64,000 bases of DNA from contig ADNK01002342.1 in NCBI GenBank assembly GCA_000320545.1, positions 18,864 to 82,863 of the forward strand, written 5' to 3'. Under the pieces are notes generated by a model. The model was not told the DNA's origin, ran no database searches, and saw only the letters and a program-made list of their open reading frames with translations. The translations under genes and the position numbers were made by a program. Positions 40,696-50,730 of this stretch are shown piece by piece. Position 1 is the first letter of the stretch, and each line of letters begins with the position of its first letter. The DNA is from Bigelowiella natans CCMP2755 (Eukaryota; Protista; Cercozoa).

Positions 40696-42204
40696 CACAC
40701 ACACTGTGGATGTGTGTGTATTAATATAATTCTTTATGTCTGTGTACGCGTACGTGTGCGATAGCGCATACATGCACTTTTCTTTCTCTTCTTACAAGGC
40801 GGTAAATTGCATACTCTAACTTAGTCACACTTACTTATGCAGCATTTTCCATCTATGCGAGCCTCGGACGTAGGTTACCATGTTCTCTCTCTTCACTTTG
40901 TCCAGCGCAAGCCAAATCTGAGCAAGAAACACTTTGCATCTTGCTTCTTTACTCGCGGCTAACTCACTTCGCTGTTGCTAGTTTCCAGGGCGGAAATATA
41001 TAAATATCGTTGATATGTTCCCCCCTCTTCTTCCAATCAATCGACAACATGACGGACTACCGAGCAGATGTCGTTGCCTCGGATCTGCCAGTATGAATAG
41101 TCATTGTGCCACGGGGTGGGGGCAACAGTTCCGGGCTCCTTAACTAACAAATGATCATCTGGCAAACCAACGATGTAAACACAAACAACAACAACAACAA
41201 CGAAACCAACGCACAATAAGCAAGCATCAATACAGTACAATCTGGAATCTGTGAGTGTGGTAAGAGAGTAACGCATAGAGGGAGGGGGAAAGAGAGGAAG
41301 CTGATTTGGCAACACACAGAGAATATTCACGGATGTAGATCCCATGATCTGTGCCGCGATCTTGGCCACAGGCGAATTGAAGAGATATGCACGACATTCG
41401 TCATGTCGCCTCCACAAGAACTGGTCATCGTGAAATCTAAAGGATGCAGCAAGTAAATAAAGACGAGGAGTCTCACCCACACCATTTCCCACGATTTCGA
41501 TCATCAAGTTATCACCACTATCGACATCTTTTCTCTGATAAACGCCATCGTAACTAGACAATATTCACCTGCCTGCGGACCCAGCCGCAGCCGAGTGCTC
41601 GTCGCACAAAGGCCCAGGATTCTGCGGTGAACGATAAAATACCGTTTTTATTTATTCCAAATGAGATACGCACTGCCACCCCCCTCCACGCTCTCCCACT
41701 CTAACACTTCGACTTTTTATCGGGGCAGCACAGGACATGAGGGAAAGCGGAACACTCGCCTCTGTCAGACATAAGCTTATCCCATTTAATTCTTGCCAGG
41801 TTTTGACGCCGACTTTGGAAAGGGAGTGACCAAAGCCAGAAACACGCCTGGCGTCATCATCTATCCCTAGCCTCTCCTCCCTTGGTGTGTACGGGGCAAC
41901 GTGTGATGTGGGTTTAAAGAGGGAAGATAAAAGAAAAGCAACCTTCATATTTTTTTCGCATGCCTGCCTAAGCGACTCAACAAATTCCTCAGGGATCGCG
42001 TTTCGTATGCAGACTACGCCATCTTCCTCGAATTGTGACTTTGCATGGGTGCTTACAGTGCTCAACGTCCTGTAGATAGCCACGCTCAAGATACGGGGAG
42101 AAAATGCACAATTTCATTCCAAACCTGCGATGCGGGTTGAGATCTTTCATGCGGCACAGCGCTCTCTTGGAGAAGAGGAGCAGGCGCCCAGCAGCTGCCG
42201 CCAT
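39796..42204 (-). CDS. Phytanoyl-CoA dioxygenase (PhyH) family 2OG-Fe(II) oxygenase, multi-exon
   Basis: FEEDGVVCIRNAI, DHLLVKEPGTVAPTPWHNDYSYW (HxD), IWLALD, EPGDIVVHHGWTLHGATGN..RRGYATRWLGDD. Stop at 39796. Confidence 0.88.
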
Positions 42205-43183
42205 TGAAAGGGAAAGGGGAAGGAAGAGGCCAGCTTTCGAAGTAGAGGGGATCACGGGTTGTTGTGAGGGGTGTTGTGGGATTCGAAGATTTTTTATGCG
42301 GCTTACTTGTATCAAAATGAATTAAAAAAAACGACATGATTCAAGATTCGTGTTCATTCGACATCGCCAACGAGATTGTGCCACTCTAGGCTCAGCTGAT
42401 CGTCTTTCGCTGGGCTTGGCGCCCTTCCAAGGTCATTCGTCTGAGTGCAGCGGCCGGTGCAGATCGCACTGATGCGATGATGATGTTGTGATGGTGCCAC
42501 GGTGCATCATTGAATTCCAACATTGAGGATGCCATTGCATCCACTGCCAGGCTGTTGTGGACTGTGGCCTGTGCTGAGGCTGAACATGCACGTTTGAGAC
42601 AGTTTGAGCTAGCGAGCAAGCACCGCTGCAACAATGTGCTGCTGCGGCACACGCTAGCACGACGCTGTTTGCTGGCGTGCACAACTGGTTTCCAGTTGCT
42701 GTCAATGGGGCACGTGATTTTCAGCGATCGATCACTGACCACTTGCAACTGCAAAAATGCCAATGCCACGCTGCAGCGCAACAATGAATCGCGACAGCAA
42801 CGGAGCCGTCAGCCACGCGCAGCACAGGTGTGTGGTTGGCTGAGAGGACCGTGTTTGAATTCAAACTTCTGCAACACGTCTGCATGCTGACATCATGGTT
42901 TTGGACCTCATCAAATCTTGTGTTTGTTCGGCTCGTAGAACTGGGCGACGGCAAGATGCCCGTCTAGAAGTTTGCAATCATCATGCGGTGTCAATCCCAT
43001 CGAATGACGGCTTTCACGTGCATGTCTAGCATGTCTAGATGCATGACCAGATGGTCCACCTTGTTTTGTGGAATCCCGCTCTCCTACCTATAACCTAGCT
43101 AGGAATCCTGAATTCTTCTCGAGTACAAGTAAACATCCATTGAGTCCCTGGGGTGCATAAATCAATTTAGCCACAAGAAGAAT

Positions 43184-44618
43184 TCAACATGATTTTCTGG
43201 CAGTCATCCAAATGCGTCCCGACTCATAATTATTTTGAAAAAACATTTCAACCAAGCCATTCATAGGAACGTGATGTTTTGAATTATATGTGTTCTAAAA
43301 CAGCCTTGGCATCATTGTTCATCGTGACCCACCATGTCTGAGGCAAGGTAATCTCCGAGAGCTCAAACGCCTTTTCTAATCCAGGTATTTCATCTAGCGC
43401 AGCAACCGCCTCGATCTGACCAAAACATCATCATCAACGAAAGTAGATTCAAAACAAAAATGACAAAGAACTTTCATGATACTCATTTCAACCCTAATTT
43501 AGCACACGCTATCACACTATGTATCTACGAGAATCGAAGAATACGTAATGACCGTCTTGGATTCGAGAATTTTCTCTCCTAAGGCTGCTGAGACACTTGC
43601 GGGAAAGCACAGGTTTGCCGTCCATATGACAGTCGCGTCAGAGAAGTCACGCTGCCGTAAATCACCCTGAAAAAGCTTCACCTTCGAGGAGGAACATCAT
43701 TCTCGTCATCTCAAACGTCATGTCATCACACAACAAATATTCGTGGTTACTATTACATCATCTTCGAGCGCCTTCTTTAATGGAAGGCTGTTGGTCTGGG
43801 CCGCGACTGCGCGTTGAAGTTCCGTTGCAGCGTCGCTGCGAGATTGAGAGAACTCAACGCCCTGACTTTTACTGGCATATCCTGCAGCTCGCATGTGTAG
43901 CACCATTTTGCCGGCGCCTGAACCTAGGTCCCAGAACGAAGCCGTCGGCTTCCTGTCAAGTTGTAATATCTTTGCTAGCTTCTCGACGCCATCGCGTGTA
44001 ATCTCGCCATATGTTCCTCCAGTGCAAGGAGGGGGGTATCCGGTCAGAGGATTGAAACCAATTGAGGACAACTTGTCGTAGGTCCGGAAGGCCAAACTAG
44101 CATCCTTCGCCTCGGTCGTGTACCTGAAGATAAAATTTATTACTGAGCCAGCTTGATCCTTGAGTTAATCCCAAGCCGTCGGTTCTAAATCGACCGGCAG
44201 AGATATTCTCCCGATGAATTGTTACTACCCAGCCTTGGGCTTGTAGGAGTATATAAGGTCTAAAAATCTTTCAACATCCTCCTTGTTGTTCTCCGTTGTC
44301 TGTGCTGCCTCTGAAAGGCGGATCCCGAGCCCGGTCCCTGAAGCCAGTGCCCCGCGAAACATAACCCTTCTCGACCAGGCAATTCCTCTTTGTATTCATA
44401 TCGGGAAGATAGATGTTGGCAGAAAACAAATGAATAGCACAGAATGGACTATATTTAGGCGGACGCAACAATGAAAAAGCCTAGATGGACCTTCTATCCG
44501 CTTGATCCGGCCTAGAGCGCGACTCAGCGTGCCGGCATCTGACCGTCCTGGCCAGTCCTGGCCCCATCCCAACTGAAGCTTCAGCAATGGCCACAAACAG
44601 GAAAGGGATCCTCAGCAT
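43184..44618 (-). CDS. DOT1-like class I SAM-dependent methyltransferase, multi-exon, 5' end uncertain
   Basis: TYGEITRDGV, FWDLGSGAGKMVL, GVEFSQSR, FQGDLRQRDFSDATVIWTANLCFP. Confidence 0.72.
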
Positions 44619-45005
44619 AGCCCCGTAGAAACGAGGGGTAGCCCTGGTCATCATGAGTTAGCCGTCGTCACCCCAGCGTCTCCGGGTACGTGTCGGCCAT
44701 TCAGATCTACGACCGCTCTCGCTCATGAAAAGAGCTTAGAATTCAAACCCGAAAAAATCGAAAACGAAGCCATTTTCAAAACATTGTTGCTGGCTCTGGC
44801 CCACATTTTCTACTCCAGAAGCGTTCCTCGGAGTCGACCGCTTCATACCAGAAAACACCATATATTTATTATCTAAATGCAGTCACAGAAGTAGAGCTTT
44901 ATTTTAGGAAGTATTACCGAATTCACAGCACCCAACCATCTACTGTACTATCAGCGCTTGGACTCCACTCCCATGGAGCAGACCCCGGATCCAGGGGGGG
45001 GCGGC

Positions 45006-45388
45006 ATGAACAGGGGGGAATCTTCTCGGATTGGGGAGAAAAGGGGGAAAAAGAGGAGCCGTCCCGAAACTGGTCGAGTGTTGACATCTCGTTCTTTTGC
45101 TTAGACCTGTTTTGAAAGAGTTTGGTCGCTGAGCCCCTGCTTTTCCGCACCGTGTTTCAGACGAGCTGAGGGATGTTGAGAAGCGCGCGTTCGAGAGAGA
45201 GTGCAAAAAAGCCCTGAAAAAAGCGAAGGATTTCCAAATCAGGAAGTTCCATAGGAAGAAGAAACGGAACGACGCCCCGCCTGAGAAAGTGGATGGGGAT
45301 ATCGAGGTCGCTGTTGCACAATATAATACATACCGTATGAATATGTGATAAATATTTATGCATCAACTGATGACGATGGTGAATACTT

Positions 45389-45460
<72 letters not shown>

Positions 45461-45463
45461 AGC

Positions 45464-45508
<45 letters not shown>

Positions 45509-46938
45509 CTCTATTTGAATACTCTACACGCACTCTGACACGTGTACACGCAGACGCAATTTTCTAATAAATTCTAGGAATGTTTACATGAATACATATT
45601 TTTTTTCACACCCACCGACCCGCTACCGATTTATTTTTCGCTGCTGCGCTTGCTTTCCAGATTCTAAAGAATATAACACCCGCCTCCTTGGTGGAAGCGG
45701 TCGCCGCGATAAGAGATGACGAAAAACCGAAGCTGGAACGACGAGCTGGTGAAGAGCGGAGACATCAGCTGTCTTTTCTCCTCCTTAATTCTAATACCAT
45801 CAAGAAGTTCGTCCAAGATTTTAACCTTAGGATGAAGCGGACGCGTCGCAAGCGTGAGAAACGGCAGAAAAAGAGGGACAAGATCGAGAAGGACAAGGAA
45901 GCGCAGCGGAAGGAGAAAGAGAAAGCAAAGAAGGCAGCAGCAGCTGGAGGCAATGCCGAATCATCTTCTTCCTCCAAGCGGGACAAGGCCAAAGCAGAGA
46001 TGGACCGTAGCGTTCTAAAGGGGTTGCGTGTAGGACAACGAATCCGAGGCATCGTTGACGGCTCTGAATCGTTTGGGGTCTTCGTCAAATTCGTCCACCG
46101 CAAGGCCGTTGTCAGCGCGCTGTGCCATATCTCCGAGCTCATAGCCGGTAAATTTGTCGCTGATCCAGCGAAGGAGTTCCCGGCGGGCACTTGGGTTAAT
46201 GCGCACATCCTCCGCCTCGACCCCAAGAACAACCGTGTCAGCGTTAGCTTTAAGGGTCTCAACGAGGAGGTAGGGGGGGAGAACGACGGCGGAGGAGAGG
46301 AAAACGATGGAGCTGGTAAGAAGAGGAAACGCACGAGCAAGAGGAGACACGCTATCCAGTTACCGCAGCAGCAAGAAATGGAGGGAGAAGGACCATTGGA
46401 ATCTGAGTTTGTATCCACTCTCAATAGTGGGAGCGAAAGCATGCGTAGAAACAACGGTCGCACAGCTGCTGCTGGGTCAATCGAAGAGAAAAAGCGCAAC
46501 CAAAGCAAGGCAGTGATGAGTGTGCTCAAGAAATTCCAAGCTATTAAGTCGAAGAAAAATCGTCTTGGGCAGCGCGCTCGCCAACGGCTCAACGAAGAGC
46601 TTTACGGCGGAGCGAGAGGTGTTAAAAATGATGATGGCAGCGCCAACAGAGGTGAGAATCGTACGAAGGGACGGCAGGAGATCAAGAAAAACCTGAGGAA
46701 AAAGGAAACTGAGAGGACTGAAAGCAACGATAGCAATCGTGGAGACGGGGAGCACTCGAGGAAGAAGCGACAAAAAACACAAAGTAATGCAAGCCGGAAA
46801 AAGGATGGTGGTGGAGAGGGAATGAGCAAACAGAAGGATGAGGAAACCCCCTCTGACAATCTGCATCCTTCTTGGGCAGCCAAGCGGAAGCAGTCCCAGC
46901 CTGTGAAGTTCCAAGGGACAAGAATCACGTTTGATTGA
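45006..46938 (+). CDS. Bud22/SRFBP1-like ribosome biogenesis factor with an internal S1 RNA-binding domain. Exons ~45006-45072, 45161-45306, 45661-46938
   Basis: N-terminal KALKKAKDFQIRK; S1 domain LRVGQRIRGIV...FGVFV...ALCHISEL...RVSVSFK; KKNRLGQRARQ; C-terminal LHPSWAAKRKQ..VKFQGTRITFD. Confidence 0.82.
45391..45460. repeat. Compound microsatellite (AC)9(AT)17(GT)9, a 70-bp perfect palindrome, intronic
   Basis: Read directly from the sequence. Confidence 0.85.
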
Positions 46939-47756
46939 ACGATCTACGTGGTCATCAAAGCAATGCGGCGCGATCGAAGGCTACATCAATGTCCCATTTT
47001 GTGACACGTACATGCTCACTCACACAACTGCCAACACAATGATTACACATTGCATTCCAGCATTGTGCGTGTGCAGGAAGTACGCGCCCTGCCCACACAC
47101 ATCGCATGCATGTTCAGCTAGCTAGCCAGAGATCGTCTAGATCCAGAGATGTGCGACACGGAATGCAGGCATGCGCAAACGATGGTCGCCACCATGCACA
47201 TGCCAGCAGACAAACGTCGCCATGCTGAGTCCCAATCGTCGAACCTGCTCACATGCTAGCCTGCTAGCCTGGCTAGCTGGGACCTCTAGACCTGGCTAGC
47301 AGCAGGAACGCACGGAGTGCTGATGCACTGAACGGCTGAACGGCTTCAGCGCGCAGTGAGAAAGTGAGGTGTTTTCGCACGCAGCTGGCATTTTTCGTGC
47401 ACGTGTGGTTGGCGTGCACGCACGCGCTTGCACATTCAAGTGACACTGACAGCCACAGCGCTGCAAGTGCACACTGCCTGCAACTCTCACCAAACTTCTC
47501 ACATTTTGGCAAGCTAGCGCAAGCAACAGCGTTTTTGGCCTTCGAAAATGACCCGTTTTTGGTCGTTTCTCGGTCAAAAATTGGACTTTGACGCTCGGTC
47601 AAGCTGCAGCAGGTGTGTCTGTGTGATCACACTCACCAACCTGAAGTGCTGAGCGCACGCGCTGGCAATGGGCTGCCCCACTGCCCCACGCCCCTCCCTG
47701 TGCTGCCGTCCTGCCCGGTTGCTGAACGAGAAAAACAGGTTGTTCTCAGCGATTTG

Positions 47757-48626
47757 GCGATCGATGAGGGGAAGAATGTGGGAGGGAGAGTGGTGCACAA
47801 ACACACACACGTGTGCACACATGCCAGCATCATGCATTGAGATTGTGCATGCGTTCAATGACACGTGTCTGGACACGTTTGCACGGTTCGAGCCGACAAA
47901 GTGAACAATGAACAATGAACAATGATGGTGAACTGCACTTCCAAAGTGCTTGCAGAGTGCGAAACGCAGTGCCTCGAACTGGCTTCAACGAACAATGAAC
48001 AATGAACAATGATGATGAACCACACTTCCAAAGTGTGACAAGACGTTTGCAGTGTGCGAAGTGCAGTGCCTCGAACCAACTTCAGTGAGGTCCAACCAGT
48101 GAAACCATGAGGAATCAAGAATGGCATTCTGGCCACTCCTCCGTTCCCAGTTTCATTGTCTTTGGTGCCTGACGTTTGCCAACTTCAGGACCGCGATCGA
48201 TGAGGGGAAGAATGTGGGAGGGAGAGTGGTGCACAAACACACACACGTGTGCACACATGCCAGCATCGTGCATTGAGATTGTGCATGCGTTCAATGACAC
48301 GTGTCTGGACACGTTTGCACGGTTCGAGCCGACAAAGTGAACAATGAACAATGAACAATGATGGTGAACTGCACTTCCAAAGTGCTTGCAGAGTGCGAAA
48401 CGCAGTGCCTCGAACTGGCTTCAACGAACAATGAACAATGAACAATGATGATGAACCACACTTCCAAAGTGTGACAAGACGTTTGCAGTGTGCGAAGTGC
48501 AGTGCCTCGAACCAACTTCAGTGAGGTCCAACCAGTGAAACCATGAGGAATCAAGAATGGCATTCTGGCCACTCCTCCGTTCCCAGTTTCATTGTCTTTG
48601 GTGCCTGACGTTTGCCAACTTCAGGA
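47757..48626. repeat. Tandem duplication with 436-bp period, nearly identical copies (47757-48190, 48193-48626)
   Basis: Identical ORF translations are offset by 436. One substitution seen (47832 A vs 48268 G). Confidence 0.93.
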
Positions 48627-49062
48627 ACACGCATCCCCAAATCCTGCCGTGATGGTTTGCTCATGCTTGGAGATCACCAAGCAAGAACACCACACCTGCG
48701 AACCCCAAGCGAACAATCCCGTGGACCACACCTTCACGGTCTGCTTCGTGCCCACCACAACATCCCCGGCTTTTGCGGAGACATTGCCCTCACTGGAAGG
48801 CATGAAGATGGAGGAGGATGCACTCTTCGTTCCCAGTCCACTTGGACAACGAGCTTCGCAATGACCACAGTCGGGCACTTTGTCGGATGCATCCCCGGCT
48901 TTTGCGGAGACAAAGCCCCAATCATTGCAATTGGAAGCACCAACTTCACGCCAACCACAACATCCCCGGCCCAATGGAGACATTGCCTGGAGGGCACAAA
49001 GTTTGAGAAGGACACCTTCATCCTGACGGGATTCATCCGGGATGAATGAAACAATGAAACAA

Positions 49063-50730
49063 CGATGAAAAACTGCACTTCCAAAGTGTTGCAAGACACT
49101 TGCAGCGTGCAAAGTGCAGTGCCTCGAACTGGTTTCAGTGAGGACTGTGACCAGCAAATCAACCAGCTGGTTTGCCAAGGTGGCACGACTTGGTCATTGA
49201 GAAGCAATGACATTGGCAGCAAAGTTCTGACGGCGCAAGACCTCCACTCTGAGCAAAAACTTCCTGAAGGCCATGTCCACATGACGATCTGCGATTGGAT
49301 CACCTGAGGGGGCTCCCAGCAGAACTTTGGTTTTGGAGGAGTCTGGAGCGTCAAAGAACGAAGAGTGGAGGGAAGAAGCTGAACCCAGAGCTGATCTCGT
49401 GTGCGAGAGAAGCTTGCATCTCTCTGCATTCAAGTGAGAGCAATGATGGATGAGGTGGTTGACACTTTGAACAACTTCAGCATTGCAAAGAGGACACACC
49501 GAGAAAGAGGGGGGCAAGTTGCAAACTTTGGCCCTGTGCTCCTCAGTTTCGCAAGTCCCAGCGCGGAGCTGAAGTTTGAGCAACACACCTGAATTGTCAT
49601 GCCAATCATCAAAACGGCACTCAAACAATCTGGAAGCTGGCCTTCCAATGTGGCTCCTCGCCCAGGCTCTGGATCTGCAAATTGGGATGTCGGGTTTGAC
49701 GAACGAGCAAAAGCTGCGACACAAGTTGCCATTGGTGGACAGGTGAGCCCTGACTCTGCGGTTGAGGTCAACATCAACCAGTTTTGGACAGGACTGGTCC
49801 AAGTTGACCAACAGGTCCAAGCCACAGGCAGATTGGTCACAGCCAGTGACACGGTGAAGAACAGACCTGACGTTGTGACCCCAACTTGAGCACAGAGCAT
49901 CAGCCTGATCCAGGGACAGGAGCAGAAGATCCTTTGTCATGGATTCATCAGGTTGCTGACGCATCCTGCTCAGGAGGCTCACGAGAGACTTGTCCCAGCG
50001 GGCCTGCAAACCTTCCTGGCCACGTTCAGACAACAGGAAGCACAGTGGTTGGCCATGGGCACGAAGAGTCTCTCTGAGGAACTGAGTCTGGACACTCTGC
50101 AGCCGGTTCTTGAGACATTGGGGCAGAATGGGATGAATTGGACCCATGCCACGTTCAAGAGTGGGGCGCACGAGAGCATTCCAAAGGTGGATCCGTGTTC
50201 TGGGTCGGAGGCCTGAACGTCCAGCAAAGCCATGCTTGAGCCTGCCGGAAGCTCGCTTCGCCACTTTCACAGTGTCCACGATGTGTGTGTGGAGTGACAA
50301 GGAGCTTTGGAAGGTGATTCCCAAGTGTCGATGTTGGTTCACTGCGCGCATCAATTCCCCACAACACCTGAACTCACATCGTGAACACTCCTGTTTGAGA
50401 ACAGAAGACCCGACAATCACGATGCCAGACTCATCTCCGTTGGCCTTGAGTCTCCATTCTCTGCACCATTGAGTCGTCACTTCAAGAGCTAGCTTGATGT
50501 CTGGAGGAGTGGCAGCAACCAGAGCGATGTCACCTGCAAAGAAGAGACCTGGTCTGCGAGTGTTGGCAAACTGGACGCCACAACCACGCTGTCTCAGCCG
50601 TTCTGTGAGGTCGTCAACAAACAGAGCAAACGGAACTGGTGATTCCGGGGCACCTTGAGGGAGACCTTGGTTGACGTGGAAGGGTTGGCTCAGAGCTTGA
50701 TCAATCGGGGACCCAACCCTGCGGGATTGG
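49063..50730 (-). mobile_element. 5'-truncated, decayed non-LTR retrotransposon (LINE): RT C-terminal half, thumb, CCHC knuckle and 3' UTR
   Basis: GLPQGAPESP.PF.LFVDDL, LFFAGD (catalytic xADD broken), W.L..N..S, HRHLGI (YxYLG), LVRPTLERG, CPLC...H....C. Confidence 0.9.

Noticed and set aside
39796-44618. PhyH dioxygenase and DOT1-like methyltransferase flanking a TA-poor island as the enzymes of the mutator system
   Set aside because: Adjacency means little in a eukaryotic genome. PhyH has a mitochondrial-type presequence, neither gene has DNA-binding or deaminase motifs, and other islands lack such neighbours.
44741-44810. Weak similarity to the reverse complement of 47505-47575
   Set aside because: Short, gapped and A/T-run rich; cannot be separated from chance without an alignment statistic.
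47900-48530. Spaced repeats as a CRISPR-like array
   Set aside because: The units are irregular, diverged LINE 3' ends within a tandem duplication. There are no unique spacers or cas genes, and the context is eukaryotic.
47273-49429. Numerous 60-230 aa ORFs in TA-poor DNA (also at 42392-42954 and 59902-62028) as genes
   Set aside because: They are explained by loss of TAA/TAG stops, and show no homology motifs.
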